Shown piece after piece: positions 42,748-42,749 of a stretch of DNA of 42,749 bases. Made by a program: the position numbers and the translations under genes. The DNA is taken from IMG/VR virus record IMGVR_UViG_3300014208_000028, positions 157,123-199,871 of that record; one strand, 5' to 3'. Position 1 is the stretch's first letter; each line of letters opens with the position of its first letter. The notes under the pieces were generated by a model, which was given only the letters and a program-made list of their open reading frames with translations, searched no databases and had not been told where the DNA came from. The DNA comes from a virus.

Positions 42748-42749
42748 AC

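Noticed and set aside
1-42749. Window as a complete circular genome because both ends are GC-rich
   Set aside because: Joining the ends gives an immediate stop in the ORF starting at 41 and leaves the pentapeptide gene out of frame; terminase and capsid genes are also absent.

Overview
A 42.7-kb fragment of a large, AT-rich dsDNA phage genome. It is mostly minus-strand and has two visibly GC-richer accessory islands at the ends (about 1-1700 and 41100-42749). The core is a replication/recombination/repair module: Rnl5/DRB0094-type RNA ligase, RusA, UvsY-like protein, Cas4-like nuclease, Hjc-like resolvase, RecA, cytosine MTase, PolA, Cys-rich SSB, primase, DnaB-like helicase, UDG-family protein and SF2 helicase. 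It also carries three free-standing homing endonucleases (1 LAGLIDADG, 2 GIY-YIG), two solo TnpB nucleases with intact catalytic residues, two tRNAs that probably both read AUA, and a plus-strand block with a probable portal protein and a LigD-type phosphoesterase-ligase. The main unexplained signal is non-coding. A recurrent motif, TG(T/G)TATA(T/A)A on the minus strand, sits in about 11 intergenic sites. Several copies lie 5-7 nt upstream of compact, highly base-paired candidate RNAs of 75-150 nt. One of these presents two tandem anti-Shine-Dalgarno/anti-AUG sequences in a clamped loop; another has switch-like or kissing-loop architecture. All calls come from reading the sequence by eye; no searches or folding programs were run.
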